A DNA stretch of 64,000 bases from Octopus vulgaris (lineage: Eukaryota). Under the pieces are notes generated by a model. That model was not told the origin of the DNA. It worked only from the letters and a program-made list of their open reading frames with translations, and searched no databases. This document shows, piece after piece, positions 1 through 13,194 of this stretch. The stretch covers positions 50,344,001 through 50,408,000 of the forward strand of contig OX597828.1 in NCBI GenBank assembly GCA_951406725.2. The letters run 5' to 3'. The position numbers were made by a program, and so were the translations under genes. Within the stretch, counting starts at the first letter, position 1. Each line of letters begins with the position of its first letter.

Positions 1-318
1 GCGCGTCGCCAGATCAGAAGCACAGGCGTATGGCTATGAACTCCTCCCTCTGATTTTCACCTCTTCCCAATCATGAAGTTGTTTTTGAAAGGAAAGCGTT
101 TCTCAGATGATGCAGCCTTGATTTCTGAAGTCACGTTGAGGTTGGAGGACCAAGCTGGGTTCTTCTACAAAAACGGTCTCCAGAGCTGCATCAAACGATG
201 GGAGAAATGCGTAACTCTGGGTGGTTCCTATGTAGAAAAAGACTAATAACTGTGCCAAGTTTCGTTGCTCTACTGCTATGGGAAGTGTGTCAGGGGCATT
301 ACTTATTGAACGCCCCTC

Positions 319-319
<1 letters not shown>
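1..319 (+). mobile_element. Mariner transposon 3' remnant (transposase C-terminus + right TIR)
   Basis: Manual translation gives GYELLP/PSDFHLFPIMKLFLKGKRFSDDAALISEV...FYKNGLQSCIKRWEKCVTLGGSYVEKD* (stop ~246); the HPPYSPDLA segment is deleted. Ends ...TTACTTATTGAACGCCCCTCG then TA, a mariner-type TIR/TSD. Confidence 0.85.
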
Positions 320-371
<52 letters not shown>

Positions 372-373
<2 letters not shown>

Positions 374-995
374 GTAATCCCTCGTCATATCGCGGTTCGC
401 CTATCGCGGTTCGCCTATCGCGGTTCGCCTATCGCGGTTCGCCTATCGCGGTTTATTATTTAAGCTTACGTCGATTCCTCCGTGGCGTTGTTTTGCATTT
501 ATAATAAAACAGATATATAAAAATAATATAAACAAGAGCACTCAGCGCAAACCTCCACCAAGGCAACACCAATGTCCTCTCAACGATTAGCCAGAGATGA
601 TTTTCAAAATGAGAATATCTGAAATCAACTCGACTGCTCGCACAAAGGAGAATACTAAAAATGAACCCGATCGCTCTTAAAAATTAAGTAAAAAATCCGG
701 AAAAATAATCCAGAATCCTTGTCCGGTATCGGATAGGTCCCAAAATCTAGTCAGTTCGTGTCAGTTATGAGGTCAAACATCCCTAAAAGTTTCAACCGAA
801 TCCATCCAGCAGTTTTTGAGATATCTTGTCCACGGACAAACAAACAAAGAAACAAACGCGACTGAAAACAATACGTCCACCTTCGCCAAGGCGGAGATAG
901 TAAATATACAGTGAAGTACTGTTTCTACTTCAAGGATTTTCTCCTTTCGGGTGGGGTTTTGGAACGTAACTCCCGCGATAGTCGTGGGGTTACTG
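372..995. mobile_element. Tigger/pogo-like MITE
   Basis: Imperfect TIRs CAGTAATCCCTCGtcaTATCGCG (372) and CGCGATAGTCGTGGGGTTACTG (ends 995) followed by TA; internal 14-bp tandem repeat; contains a nested element. Confidence 0.65.
531..900 (-). mobile_element. Non-autonomous Helentron/DINE-1(HINE)-like element nested in the MITE
   Basis: Minus strand reads ATCTCCGCCTTGGCG...GTTTGTTTGTTTGTCCG...AAAAACTGCTGGATGGATT...; CCTCCACCAAGGC motif near the other end. Layout resembles HINE/DINE-1 from recall. Confidence 0.55.
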
Positions 996-1088
996 TATAT
1001 GTATGGATTAGCAGAAAGGCACATTCCAGCGGTTTTCTGCAAACAAACGACATATTCCAGCAGAAAATCGCGGTGTTTTATGCTAAGG

Positions 1089-1114
1089 CACAGACACAGA
1101 CACACACACACACA

Positions 1115-1195
<81 letters not shown>

Positions 1196-1250
1196 ACACA
1201 TACACACACACACACATACACACACACACACATACAGACACACACAGATA
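1089..1250. repeat. (CA)n microsatellite
   Basis: Seen directly. Confidence 0.95.
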
Positions 1251-1723
1251 CAGTCACCCACGTAATGCATATATATATATGTGCGTTGGGCATCTTGGCG
1301 TGTTGCAAAACGTGTAGATATATACACACAAAAGTATTGTATTAGATCAAGTTAATAGGAACCAACCAAAATACGTTTATATAACTGCTAACATGTAAAA
1401 AATTACAAGAATAACATTTTCATGCACAACCAGAAAGAGAATGAAACAAAAACTAGAAAAAAAAACCCCCACAAAGCAAACAAACCAAAAACGCAGAATC
1501 CATCAAATAAACTTCAAACAAAACAAATAACCACACTACAACCTATTGCTGTTACGCATATGCTGAATCACATAGAAACGCGGAAGTAAGATTCCAGCGT
1601 GAACGAACAAATATAAAAAAGAATTATAATATGAAGGAAGTGTTTTCTATAAGATGGAAGACAAACAAATTCTAAACTATATCGATATATATGCACTCGC
1701 ACATAGAAATTTTCAACATAGTG

Positions 1724-1867
<144 letters not shown>

Positions 1868-1978
1868 GTTGAAAAGTTTTATGTGCGAGATATATATATA
1901 TATATATAATATATATTATATAAACACAAATGTATATGCATATATTTATATATATACATATATATATATATATGTATA

Positions 1979-2032
<54 letters not shown>

Positions 2033-2064
2033 TATACATATATATATATATACATACACACACA

Positions 2065-2083
2065 TACTGTTGCTTCTGCTAAA

Positions 2084-2167
<84 letters not shown>

Positions 2168-2280
2168 CAATAATAATAATAATACTGATAAATATATATA
2201 TATGTATTTGTAAGTTTGTGTGTGTATATGTATTTATGAATACATATATATATATTTATTTATGTTTGTGTATGGGAGCG

Positions 2281-2342
<62 letters not shown>

Positions 2343-2486
2343 ATATACACACACGTACTGTTACTTCTGCTAAATATTAATAATGATAATAATAATGATA
2401 TATGTATTTGTAAGTTTGTGTGTGTATATGTATTTATGAATATACACACACATATATATATATATATGTTTGTGTATGAGAGCGTC

Positions 2487-2525
<39 letters not shown>

Positions 2526-2665
2526 GCTGTTACTTCTTCTAAATATTAATAACGATGATAATAATAATGATGATGATATATATATATGTATTTCTATGTG
2601 TGTGTGTGTGTATATGTATTTGTGAATATATATATATTTATGTATGTTTGTGTATGAGAGCGTAT
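2065..2665. repeat. Three imperfect tandem copies of a composite unit with variable internal microsatellites
   Basis: TACTGTT(G/A)CTTCTGCTAAATATT...TATGTATTT...GTTTGTGTATG(A/G)GAGCGT recurs at ~2065, ~2356 and ~2526. Confidence 0.8.
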
Positions 2666-2988
2666 CTGTGTGCCTTAGTTCTCGCGCGCACTTGTGTTTG
2701 TATGATGCATCCCTGTGCACCAGCACGCGTGCGCGTGTTGATTTATGGGGATTATAAGACATGAATATTCATGAATCAAATTCTGCAGACAATTGGGTAA
2801 CAATCCCACAATAAATGATTCTTTATTTAAAACCTGGTTGTAAAAAACAAAAAAAAAAAACAAGAAAATATTGCTGTCCATTCGCTTTCCACTTATATTA
2901 GTCTAGTAGAAAAAGAAGAAAGAAAGCAACAACAACAACAACAACAACAAAAGCTGCATCTTTGCGTAGGGAATCTACAGGAGACACT

Positions 2989-3324
2989 GTGGAAGCACTC
3001 CGTCGGTTACGACGACGAGGGTTCCGGTTGATCCGAATCAACGGAACAGCCTGCTCGTGAAATTAACGTGTAAGTGGCTGAGTACTCCACAGACACGTGT
3101 ACCCTTAACGTAGTTCTCGGGGATATTCAGCGTGACACAGAGAGTGACAAGGCCGGCCCTTTGAAATATAGGTACAACAGAAACAGGAAGTAAGAGTGAG
3201 AGAAAGTTGTGGTGAAAGAGTACAGCAGGGATCACCACCATCCCCTGCCGGAGCCTCGTGGAGCTTTAGGTGTTTTCGCTCAATAAACACTCACAACGCC
3301 CGGTCTGGGAATCGAAACTGCGAT
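2989..3324 (-). mobile_element. tRNA-derived SINE, family X (5'-truncated)
   Basis: Near-identical to the full-length copy at 54167-54553. Confidence 0.85.
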
Positions 3325-3715
3325 TGGAGAGAAAGAAGATTTAGCTGCTAATTTTAGTAGGTCGAGTCACGACACAACAATGGCTTATAGTGTTATGAAT
3401 GATATTTTAGTTTTTTCGGATATTTTCTTCTTCACTCACAAATGTTTGTTTTACCAATTCGACAGACATATAAATGTCAGCATGGAATTAATGTAACTCG
3501 AATCGTAATAACCACCTGTGGCTCAAAACCTTTTAGCATTCTGCTGATTGAAGCAAAATCGGATAAATATTCTTTCGTTAAAGGAATGGCTATAGTTGAC
3601 GGCTTACAGCATTAGTTATTAAATGGCGTTTTGTGACGCGTTGGCTACAAGGATATTTAAGTGCGACAACGATGCTTTAAAAATATATTTTATAGCTGTT
3701 GAAAATCCTTGTTAA

Positions 3716-4059
3716 TACGAGATCTGATAAAGAGATACCGAGACTGTTGCTATGGTTACGGAGCTAAAGTATACAGAATCAAGCCGCTTGGTATAGTTTG
3801 ACTTTGAAATCTTATAACGTTATTGCTCTCTTCCGTTGTCCATAGCAATGCTTGGAAGTAAAGTGTGTAAAGTGAGGTCGTCTCAAAAAGATGAGGTTTC
3901 GCAAGAGTTCAAGGATTGCTTCGAACAGTGGAAAACGCATCTGGACTGATGCGTTGCTTCAAATGGAAAATACTTTGAAGGCGATAAAAGTGTAAACATA
4001 AAACTAAGCGAATAAAATGATATTGTAAAACTACGGTTTCTTTTGGCTGCCCCCTCGTA
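3716..4059 (+). mobile_element. Internally deleted mariner remnant
   Basis: Translation EFKDCFEQWKTHLD*CVASNGKYFEGDK (mariner C-terminus); ends GCCCCCTCG-TA; a weakly matching TACGAG... start at 3716. Confidence 0.7.
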
Positions 4060-4142
4060 AAACTGATTAAATTTTTTAGGGACGATTTAAATGGAAGGTT
4101 AAATAACTATAGTATAATATAATATAATACCCGAAATAGTTA

Positions 4143-4350
4143 TATGGCCGAATCGTTAGCGTACCAGAAAAATTGCTTAGCGGCATTTCGTCCATCTATA
4201 ATTTCTGAGTTCAAATTCCGCAGAGGTCGACTTTGCTTTTCATCCTTTCAGGATCGATGTAATAAATACCAGCCGAATCCTGGGATCGATATAAATGACT
4301 TAGTATCTACCTGCCGAAATTTCAGGCCTTTTGCCTATAGTAGAAAGGAA
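4143..4350 (+). mobile_element. tRNA-derived SINE, family A
   Basis: B-box-like GAGTTCAAATTCC then GTCGACTTTGC(C/T)TTTCATCCTTTC; more than ten related copies in the window. Confidence 0.8.
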
Positions 4351-4883
4351 TAGTATAGGTAAATCAGCTCAGCACATTTTAAACTTTGTAGACGTGTTGA
4401 ACTAGAACAAAAATAACGACAATTTGTATTCAGCGTTCTTGCTTCGATTCCACGTTTTTAAATTTGAGTGGTTAATAAAGTTATGGAAGACAGATAAGTG
4501 TTTCGTTTTACTTGGATTGGGTTTAGTCAAGGCGTGCTAACGACTCTGCTATGTTTACCTATGATGCTGAAATTTAAAAAAATTATCATATAGCCCGCCA
4601 CGTGCTTGTTGCGGAAATACATAAAGATGCACATAATTCTATACATATCTATCTGTCTGTCTGTCCGTCAATTTGGTTACTTAAATATATATATATATAT
4701 AAGTAGATATACGTGGTTATTTAAATATATACATGGTTAGTTAAATATAAACATAGTTTATACATATGTATATATATATATATATATATGAATGTATGTA
4801 TATGTATATGTATGTATGTATATATATGTATATATATATGCATGTATATATATATATATATATATATTTATACATACAATTTT

Positions 4884-5117
<234 letters not shown>

Positions 5118-5695
5118 ATGTATTTATATGCATACAAACATAGTAATACCTTTCAATCACCACCAGCCAAAACTTGACAAGACATGTTAAAAAAAGAAGA
5201 ACGATAAAAGCAAAACAAGACAAAAACGTTGAGGAAATCGAAAGCTTATCTCATTTGTTGTGATTCTGTTTTAGCAAAGAAATATGATGCCAAAATTTCA
5301 AACATGAATGGTAAACAGAATGATTGCAGTAGAAATCATTGTCAATACATAGGGAGAGAGGAGGAGAGAATGAGCAAAGATACAGTTTATGAATATCATT
5401 AGTGGAGGTTTTTGTAATTGGACTTGTAGTATCTGAAATTCTCCAAGAGAATTAAGGTAGTGCAAAAATTGACACAGAACTTGAAAATATAAGATTAGAT
5501 GGAAGCCCTTTAAATATATGCTTGATCTCCGTGACAAACATTGACTTTCGGTTTTGTAAGGGAAGAAAAATGAAAATACCTGTCTTTTGCAAGATATTGA
5601 TGGCGAGCTGGAAATAGGAAGATAGATTTCCCGGATTCATCTCACTTTGATTTTATTCATACAGCTTTCCGTTCATAAGTTTCGTATTAATTATT

Positions 5696-6089
5696 ACTCT
5701 CTTATTTGTTTCAGTCATTTGACTGTGGTCATGCTAGAGCATCGCTTTTAGTCGAACAAATCGACTCCAGAACTTATTCTTTGTAAGCATAAAAATCTTA
5801 TTTCATTGGTTCTTTTTTGCCGGACCGCTAAGTTACGGGGGTGTAAACACACCAGCATTGGTTGTCAAGCGATGGTGGTAGTGGTGGTGGTGGGGACAAA
5901 CAGACAGACAGACACACACACACACATATATACGACGGGCTACTTCTTTGAGTTTCCGTCTACCAAATCCACTCACAAGGCCAAGGTCGGTCTGAGGCTT
6001 TAGCACTCGCTTAAGGTGTCGTGCAGTAGGACTGAACCCAGAACCATGTGGTTGGTAAGCAAGCTACTTACCACATAACCACTCCTGCA
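5696..6089 (-). mobile_element. tRNA-derived SINE, family B (CORE-like)
   Basis: Reverse complement of the copy at 24978-25536. Confidence 0.8.
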
Positions 6090-6129
6090 CTTATTGATTT
6101 ATTTTGGTGAGGTATTACTAGAATAACAT

Positions 6130-6575
6130 TGGTTTCAAATTTTGGTACAAGTCTAGCAATTTCGTAGGAGCGAGTAAGTCAATTACACCGATCCCTAGTT
6201 CAGTTAGTACTTATTTTATCGGTCTCGAAAGGGATAAAAGGCAAAGTCGACCCCAGCGACATTTAAACTTAGAACGTTAAGTCGGAAGAAATAGCAGTAA
6301 GTATTTTGTCCGGCACGGTAGCGATTCTGCCATCTTTCCACTTCCATTAGTAGAATAATACTGGTTTCAAATTTTTGCACAAAGCCAGCAATTTCGGGGG
6401 AGGGTTATTGGGTTACATCTACCCCAGTGTCCAATTGGTACTTATTTTATCGACCCCGAAAGGATGAAAGTTAAAATCGACCTCAGTGGAACTTTAATTC
6501 AGAACGTAAAGACGGCCGAAATGCCGCCAAACATTTTCCCCCAGCGTTCTACCGATTCTGTCATTTTCTCGCCTT
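6130..6575 (-). mobile_element. Two adjacent family A SINE copies
   Basis: Two diverged copies (6130-6345 and 6361-6575), each preceded by TTA(C/G)TAGAATAA. Confidence 0.75.
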
Positions 6576-6589
6576 TATTAAAAAATAAA

Positions 6590-6838
6590 TGCACCCTTTT
6601 TAAAGCCTAGCAAGGCTCATGGGCCCGGTTTCCCGGTTTTTATGGCGTATGTGTTCTCCAGCTGCACAGGACGCCAGTCCATCGCAGCGTTGCTCATTTT
6701 CGCCAGCTGTGTGGACTGGAGCAACGTGAAATGAAGTGTTTTGCTCAAGAACACAACGCGTCGCCCGGTCCAGGAACCGAAACCACAATCTTACGATCAT
6801 GGTGCTGACACCCTAACCACTAAGCTACGCGCCTCCAC
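6590..6838 (-). mobile_element. tRNA-derived SINE, family C
   Basis: Minus-strand head GTGGAGGCGCGTAGCTTAGTGG...GGTTTCGGTTCC (A/B boxes), then GTGTTCTTGAGCAAAACACTT; its tail is shared with 36480-36590. Confidence 0.8.
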
Positions 6839-7227
6839 TCCCTAGAATAATATTACTAGAATAATATTAAGGGTCAAAAAATAATCTACATGAGTGAAAG
6901 TATTGGTAATCAAACATATCAATTAGATCTAGTTTTTGAAATGTTCCAGATAAGAAGCTTTATAGAATATATCGAAGTTGATTTGAAGTAGCATTTTGAA
7001 ATCAAAGTAAACGATGCAAAACTGAATGCTGTAACAAAATATAGAGCTAAAGACTATGCACTCTTGTACAAGACTTGGAATTTTTGTCAGAAGAATGGCG
7101 AAGCACATGAATACAGGAAAATATTAAACAACGGAAATTAATTAGGTGAAACACAAGCGATATTGATAACTTGGTAGATATAAAGGAAACTTATACAACC
7201 AGAGAGAAAGAAAGACATAGAGAGAGA

Positions 7228-7271
<44 letters not shown>

Positions 7272-7604
7272 AAGAGAGAGAGAATAAATATGTAATAGAT
7301 ATCATATATTAAAATGATATTTAATCAAATGAAATGAATCTTGTACAACGTGAGGATTTCAGATTTAACAATTTTAGAAACGTAATTAGATTATGCTGAG
7401 GCAATATATTTTTTAAGTAATTGTGTACTGGGAAAAAAGTCACATAGATCTCTAAAAACTAGAATATTAGTTAGTTGAAATATTATCTGAGAGATTTGTC
7501 ATGCTGAATCCTTGTTAAAATATATCTATGTGTTAGACATTTTATGTGATAATAGCAACCCCCCCCCGCCTCCAAAGAGAAAGAATGATTTGTCAGATAA
7601 TAAT

Positions 7605-7806
7605 AGCTGCCAGAAAATCGTTAGTACGCTGGGAAAACTACTTAGCATATTTCGTCCATGTTTACGTTCAGAGTTCAAATTCCGCCGAGGTTAACTTTGC
7701 CTTTCATCCTTTCGGAGTGGATAAAATAGGCATTAGTTGAGCACTGGGGTTTGATGTAATCGACTTAGTCCCTCCCCCGAAATTGCTGGCCTTGAGCCAA
7801 AATTCG
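7605..7806 (+). mobile_element. Family A SINE
   Basis: GAGTTCAAATTCCGCCGAGG...GCCTTTCATCCTTTCGG. Confidence 0.8.
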
Positions 7807-7810
7807 ACAC

Positions 7811-7861
<51 letters not shown>

Positions 7862-8024
7862 CATCATCATCATCATCATCATCATCATCGTCGTCGTCGT
7901 CATCGTCGTCGTCGTTGTTGTTGTTGTTGTTGTTATTATTATTATTATTATTGTTATTATTATTATTATTGTTATTGTTGTTATTGTTATTGTTATTGTT
8001 GTTGTTGTTGTTGTAGTCGTCGTC

Positions 8025-8062
<38 letters not shown>

Positions 8063-8065
<3 letters not shown>

Positions 8066-8592
8066 TGCCATCAAAGTGACACTGGGGTACAAATATACGA
8101 AGCCCAATATACCCATCATGACTACCCGTCTTATATGGGTACACCGGGCACATGCATCACAACTATATGTGCGTGACTTGGTGACCTCATATCAAGATAA
8201 ACTGTGCATGACTTTGCAAGTGGGGCCCAGTTACAATTTTCCTCAGGTCGAGTAGCCCATCTCGCTCAAAAGATCTCTGAATAAGGGTTGTTTAAGGATG
8301 ATAAACAAAACACCTATGTTTCCAGAGGTGAATTATTCAAATCCCAAAGAATTTCTCTCAACACGCAGCTATGATGCTCCCACACTACTTCTGCTCATGA
8401 TCAGAGATGCACATATCGTCAGCCACTAAGGGACATGCTCAACAGGTTAAGGCCAAACAACTGACAAGCAAATCTGTGGTATTGAGCAGAATATTTGCTG
8501 TAACACATCTTTTATACGAAGACAAAACGATGTACATGATAACACTTCCAATCAGTTAAGATCAGAAGCCATGAGAGCCACTGCATCAGGGC

Positions 8593-8595
<3 letters not shown>
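8063..8595 (-). mobile_element. ~550-bp non-coding dispersed element in (TAA)n, copy 1
   Basis: Homologous to 21006-21580, 27633-28176 and 31438-31791; flanked on both sides by (TTA)n. Strand is assigned by convention only. Confidence 0.8.
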
Positions 8596-8641
<46 letters not shown>

Positions 8642-8837
8642 GTTAACAACAGAAAGTGCATTAAATCCATTAAAAAGAAACTTTTTTGTATGGAAAGAAA
8701 GTAATATAAAGATTATATTTTGAAACCCGACGCATGACATTTAGATTAATATCATGAAATAATTCTTGGTATTACATATAAAAGTATGGATATAACGAGA
8801 GAATATACTACCGCCGCCACTACCACCACCACCACTT

Positions 8838-8919
<82 letters not shown>

Positions 8920-9368
8920 GCTACTGCTGCTGCTGCTGCTGCCTCCCAAGTCAAAGGGTAAACGAGTAACCAAAGCAGTATCGCTGATTGCTACCATCAG
9001 GACCAGAGTTCTTGCTTCCTTCGGTTTTAGGCCATATACGAGGTGACCTTCTCCGCTATTTCGGTGGGGATGTGATTATTGACAATCCATACCAAATGAT
9101 CTGTATCAACTGATCTTGTTATTTTGGCTGCTCTCCGCTACTTTCCCCAATCCCCTTTGCCCTTTGGCCTTTTCAGTCCTTCAGAGGGAAAAAACCCTCA
9201 AGTGACTTTTGCTACGACATATATAACAACTAAGCCTTTTGCTCTTCACTGTCCATCTCATGCCCTTTGTTTCGACGCGTCAACTGAGTACAGCTCATGC
9301 ATGGTCTTATTGTGCCTTTCGAGGTTCATTACAGACTTGCAGGTTTATCCTAATCATTTCCGACTTAA

Positions 9369-9589
9369 CCCTTTAGTGTTCAGATTACTCTGTTAAATGT
9401 AATACTTTTTCACTCAAATCGTTTTGAATTAATCATACATTATCTTATAGCTTTGAGGTTTCAATGGTATGATAGTTTATTCTTAGAATGTCAATGTAGG
9501 TTAGGTGTGAGAGGCTAAATATGGCCAGTTTGAATGTAAAAACATCAAGGATATTTGGTCCTGATATGGCCAGTTTAAACACTAAAGGG
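9369..9589. mobile_element. piggyBac-type MITE
   Basis: TTAA-CCCTTTAGTGTT ... AACACTAAAGGG-TTAA: 12-bp TIR with TTAA target duplication. Confidence 0.85.
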
Positions 9590-10012
9590 TTAATGTCGCC
9601 TGTCGTCACTAACCACCAACCACCAGAGTATCAGCACAAGATAGCTTATTGTTTTACAGCCTCCTTTGTTCTCTACTGAGAGATACTAGATAGGCTTCCA
9701 TCACTGCCACTATACAAACCAAGCTTCCCCAAAGTCCCATGTTTCCTAAGCCACAGTCGGATACTTCCAAAGCTGGCCAAATGTCTGGCCTAATATCACT
9801 CTATACATAAAGCGAAATGGGGGTGAATTATTAATTAGTTCAGAAGAAGAAAGAACAAAAACAAAACAAAGCATTTTCGTATACAAACTCCTTGGTATAG
9901 AACTATATTATTACCTCGTTCAGAGATTTATTATTGCTTATATTATTACTACATTAGTGGAATGTCTAATCTAATGACAGATGTTTTTCTTTTAATTCAC
10001 TCACAAGCGCAC

Positions 10013-10099
<87 letters not shown>

Positions 10100-10125
10100 T
10101 AATAATAATGATAATAATAAGAATG

Positions 10126-10210
<85 letters not shown>

Positions 10211-10211
<1 letters not shown>

Positions 10212-10840
10212 TTGCCCCATGAAAAAAACCGGTGGGAACACATACCACCCCCAGTGCTTGAAAATCACCGCATCTCACTCCTCTGGTGCTTCACCATTCA
10301 AACTGACAGAAAGATAGATGCAAATAGGCCAGACATCATATTGAAAGACTTCAGACAAAGAACATGCCTCCTCATTGATATGACTGTCCCAATCGATATA
10401 AACGTATCTGTCAAGGCCTACCAAAAACTGAGCAATTATAAAGATCTTGAAATAGAAATCAGCAAAATGTGGAACCTGAAGACTAAAACAATACATGTTG
10501 TCATAGGTGCCCTGGGAATGATAGCGAAAGGGGCTGATTGCTACCTAACTCAGATACCAGGAAACCCCAAAATGGCAGAAAGTCAAAAGATAGTGCTCAT
10601 GGGAACTGCTCATATCCTACGCAAAATACTCTCTATGTAATCCCAAGGTTTAAAACAAACTTTTTTTAAAAAAAATTATTTATTAGACATTCACTAGTAC
10701 ACCCCCCCCCCCCCAAAAAAAAACAAATATATGGCATACTAGGCATAACAACAACGTGAACTTCCAATCTGTTGTCTCTTGAGGTCTCTGGATTAGACTT
10801 GGAGCCAACTTGTACTAACATAAAGCAAAAGTCAAACATA

Positions 10841-10842
<2 letters not shown>
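10211..10842 (+). mobile_element. 5'-truncated R4/Dong-clade non-LTR retrotransposon (RLE endonuclease + 3' UTR)
   Basis: ORF 10212-10640 has W..TIQTDRKIDANRPDIILKD...LLIDMTVP...KLSNYKDL...GALG, a PD-(D/E)xK restriction-like endonuclease; pure (TAA)n on both sides. Confidence 0.85.
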
Positions 10843-10912
<70 letters not shown>

Positions 10913-10913
<1 letters not shown>

Positions 10914-11644
10914 CCTTTCTACTGGAAGTTCAAGACCTCAAATTTAGTAAAAGGGATTAAGTCGATTACATCGACCACAGTACGCAACTGGTACTAATTT
11001 TAGTAACCCCGAAAGGGGTCGACCTCGGCGAAGTTTGAACTCAGAACGTAGCGGCAAACGAAATACCTATTTCTTTACTGCCCACAAGGGGCTACACACA
11101 GAGGGGACAAACAATGACAGACAAAGGTATTAAGTCGATTATATTGACTTCAGTGCGTAACTGGTACTTATTTAATCGACCTCGAAAGGATGAAAGGCAA
11201 AGTCGACCTCGGCGGAATTTGAACTCAGAACGTAGCGGCAGACGAAATACCTATTTCTTTACTACCCACAATGGGCTAAACACAGAGAGGACAAACAAGG
11301 ACAGGCAAACGGATTAAGTCGATTATATCGTCCCCAGTGCGTAACTGGTACTTATTTAATCGACCCCGAAAGGATGAAAGGCAAAGTCGACCTCGGTGGA
11401 ATTTGGAATCAGAACGTAGCGGCAGACGAAATACCTATTTCTTTACTACCCACAAGGGGCTAAACATAGAGAGGACAAACAAGGACAGACATAGGTATTA
11501 AGTCGATTACATCGACCCCAGTGTGTAACTGGTACTTAATTTATCGACCCCGAAAGGATGAAAGGCAAAGTCGACCTCGGCGGAATTTGAACCCAGCGCT
11601 AAGCATTTTGCCCGGCATGCTAACGATTCCCCCAGCTCGCCGCC

Positions 11645-11645
<1 letters not shown>
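10913..11645 (-). repeat. Tandem array (~4 units of ~180 bp) of family A SINE body
   Basis: GTCGACCTCGGCGGAATTTGAACTCAGAACGTAGCGGCAGACGAAATACCTATTTCTTTACT-type sequence recurs at ~11018, ~11202, ~11387 and (partially) ~11570. Confidence 0.85.
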
Positions 11646-11698
<53 letters not shown>

Positions 11699-12539
11699 TT
11701 AGTAATAATAATGAGCTTACATTATGGCGTATTTTATAAAAATAATTAAATGAATGCTTCATGGTTCACCTAAGGCCAACCACTATTCTAAGCGTATAGT
11801 AATGAATAGCGTATACAATTATCGAAATGTGCTGCTAGTCATACTGCGATGGTTCTAATGTCCTATCTGTGTATTGCAAATTACAATAGGTAACTCTTTA
11901 TGCCAGATCCTAAATTAGTGTGTGTCTGTGTGTATGGCTACTGGCAAATGTTATTATTCAGTACGGACGAATCAAAGCTAGTTATATTCCACTCATTAAT
12001 GGAAGCAAGTTCACGTAAAAAGGCAACATAGAAAATAAACTCTATTATTTGAACCAACAGGAAAATCTCTTCAAAGATATGTTAGCTATTCAGTCAATTA
12101 TATTGAATAGGATCACAAATTCATTTAGCTGAACAGCAGGAATAATGCCATTCCGTATAAAAGGTGGCATTACAATTTACCTGGAGCTATATGTATATCT
12201 GTCTACCATTTATTTTCTAATCAGAATATCAATTAGATTCTTAAGATCTAAAGACATCGAAAAACTCCTAAGAGTTATAATACAATAATGATAATTCTCC
12301 TAGGTACAAGACCACAAATTGTAAATGAGTGTTACAGCTATTTGAAGCGATCCTTTTGGCTGATTGCTATCTACCTCACACACAACATCAAAGTCGTTAA
12401 TCCTGGCTGAATATTATTTTAAACACAGCAAACATTTACGTTGAAGTCTTTTCATTTGCTCCCTATTAAACTTTGGCGACTTTATTTAATTAAATTAGTC
12501 GCGTATATATATATATATATATATATACAAAACGTTCTC

Positions 12540-12695
12540 AGGTGGCACCGACGGAGATATTAAGACGAGAATAAGTAAGGCAAGGACCGCTTTTCACCTG
12601 TTAAAAAAAGTATAGAGCTCAAGTGGAATTTCAATAAAGAACAAAATAAGAATTTTTAACACTAACGTAAAAGCGGTGTTATTGTATGGGGCTGA

Positions 12696-12700
<5 letters not shown>
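12540..12700 (+). pseudogene. RTE-clade LINE fragment (post-RT region)
   Basis: Translation GGTDGDIKTRISKARTAFHLLKKV*SSSGISIKNKIRIFNTNVKAVLLYGAET; flanked by (TA)n. Confidence 0.8.
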
Positions 12701-12730
<30 letters not shown>

Positions 12731-12753
12731 TATATAGAAGGAGCTTCTACAGG

Positions 12754-12795
12754 ACTAGAACTGTTTCATTCAAGAGAAATCTTCAGGAAGCTAGT
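12754..12795 (-). ncRNA. Hammerhead-ribozyme-like motif in a putative Penelope tail
   Basis: Minus: actag cttc CTGAAGA t ttc tctt gaa t GAAA cag TT ctagt. Confidence 0.45.
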
Positions 12796-13194
12796 TAACA
12801 AGAATTGTATTGGCATTTATACATTTAGGCAGGTTTAAAGGGGTGTTGGTGGGGGACTTTTTGGGGGTAGGCATAGCGCAAAATATCATACTTGGGGGAG
12901 TGGTCAAGGAGTCAGTGTTAAATTAGATAGAAGAATAAATAAAAAATAAAAAATAAAAAATAAAAAAATAAAAAAATAAATATATATATATATATATAAA
13001 AAAAGGGGGATAGAGTTTTAGGTAAATAAGGAGATTCTCACTTATACCTATGCACATATGTATACATATATACACACGCATACAAACATATACATATACA
13101 TACACCCATACATACACACACATATATATATACATATAATAATAATACATTCTTCTTCAATGGAAAGAATTACATCCAAATTAGAGGCACGGCG

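Noticed and set aside
10913-11645. Possible CRISPR array or retrozyme (GAAAGGATGA...GACGAAATACCTATTTC)
   Set aside because: The whole unit repeats with no unique spacers and no cas genes; the motif lacks the CUGA core and is the antisense of a SINE.
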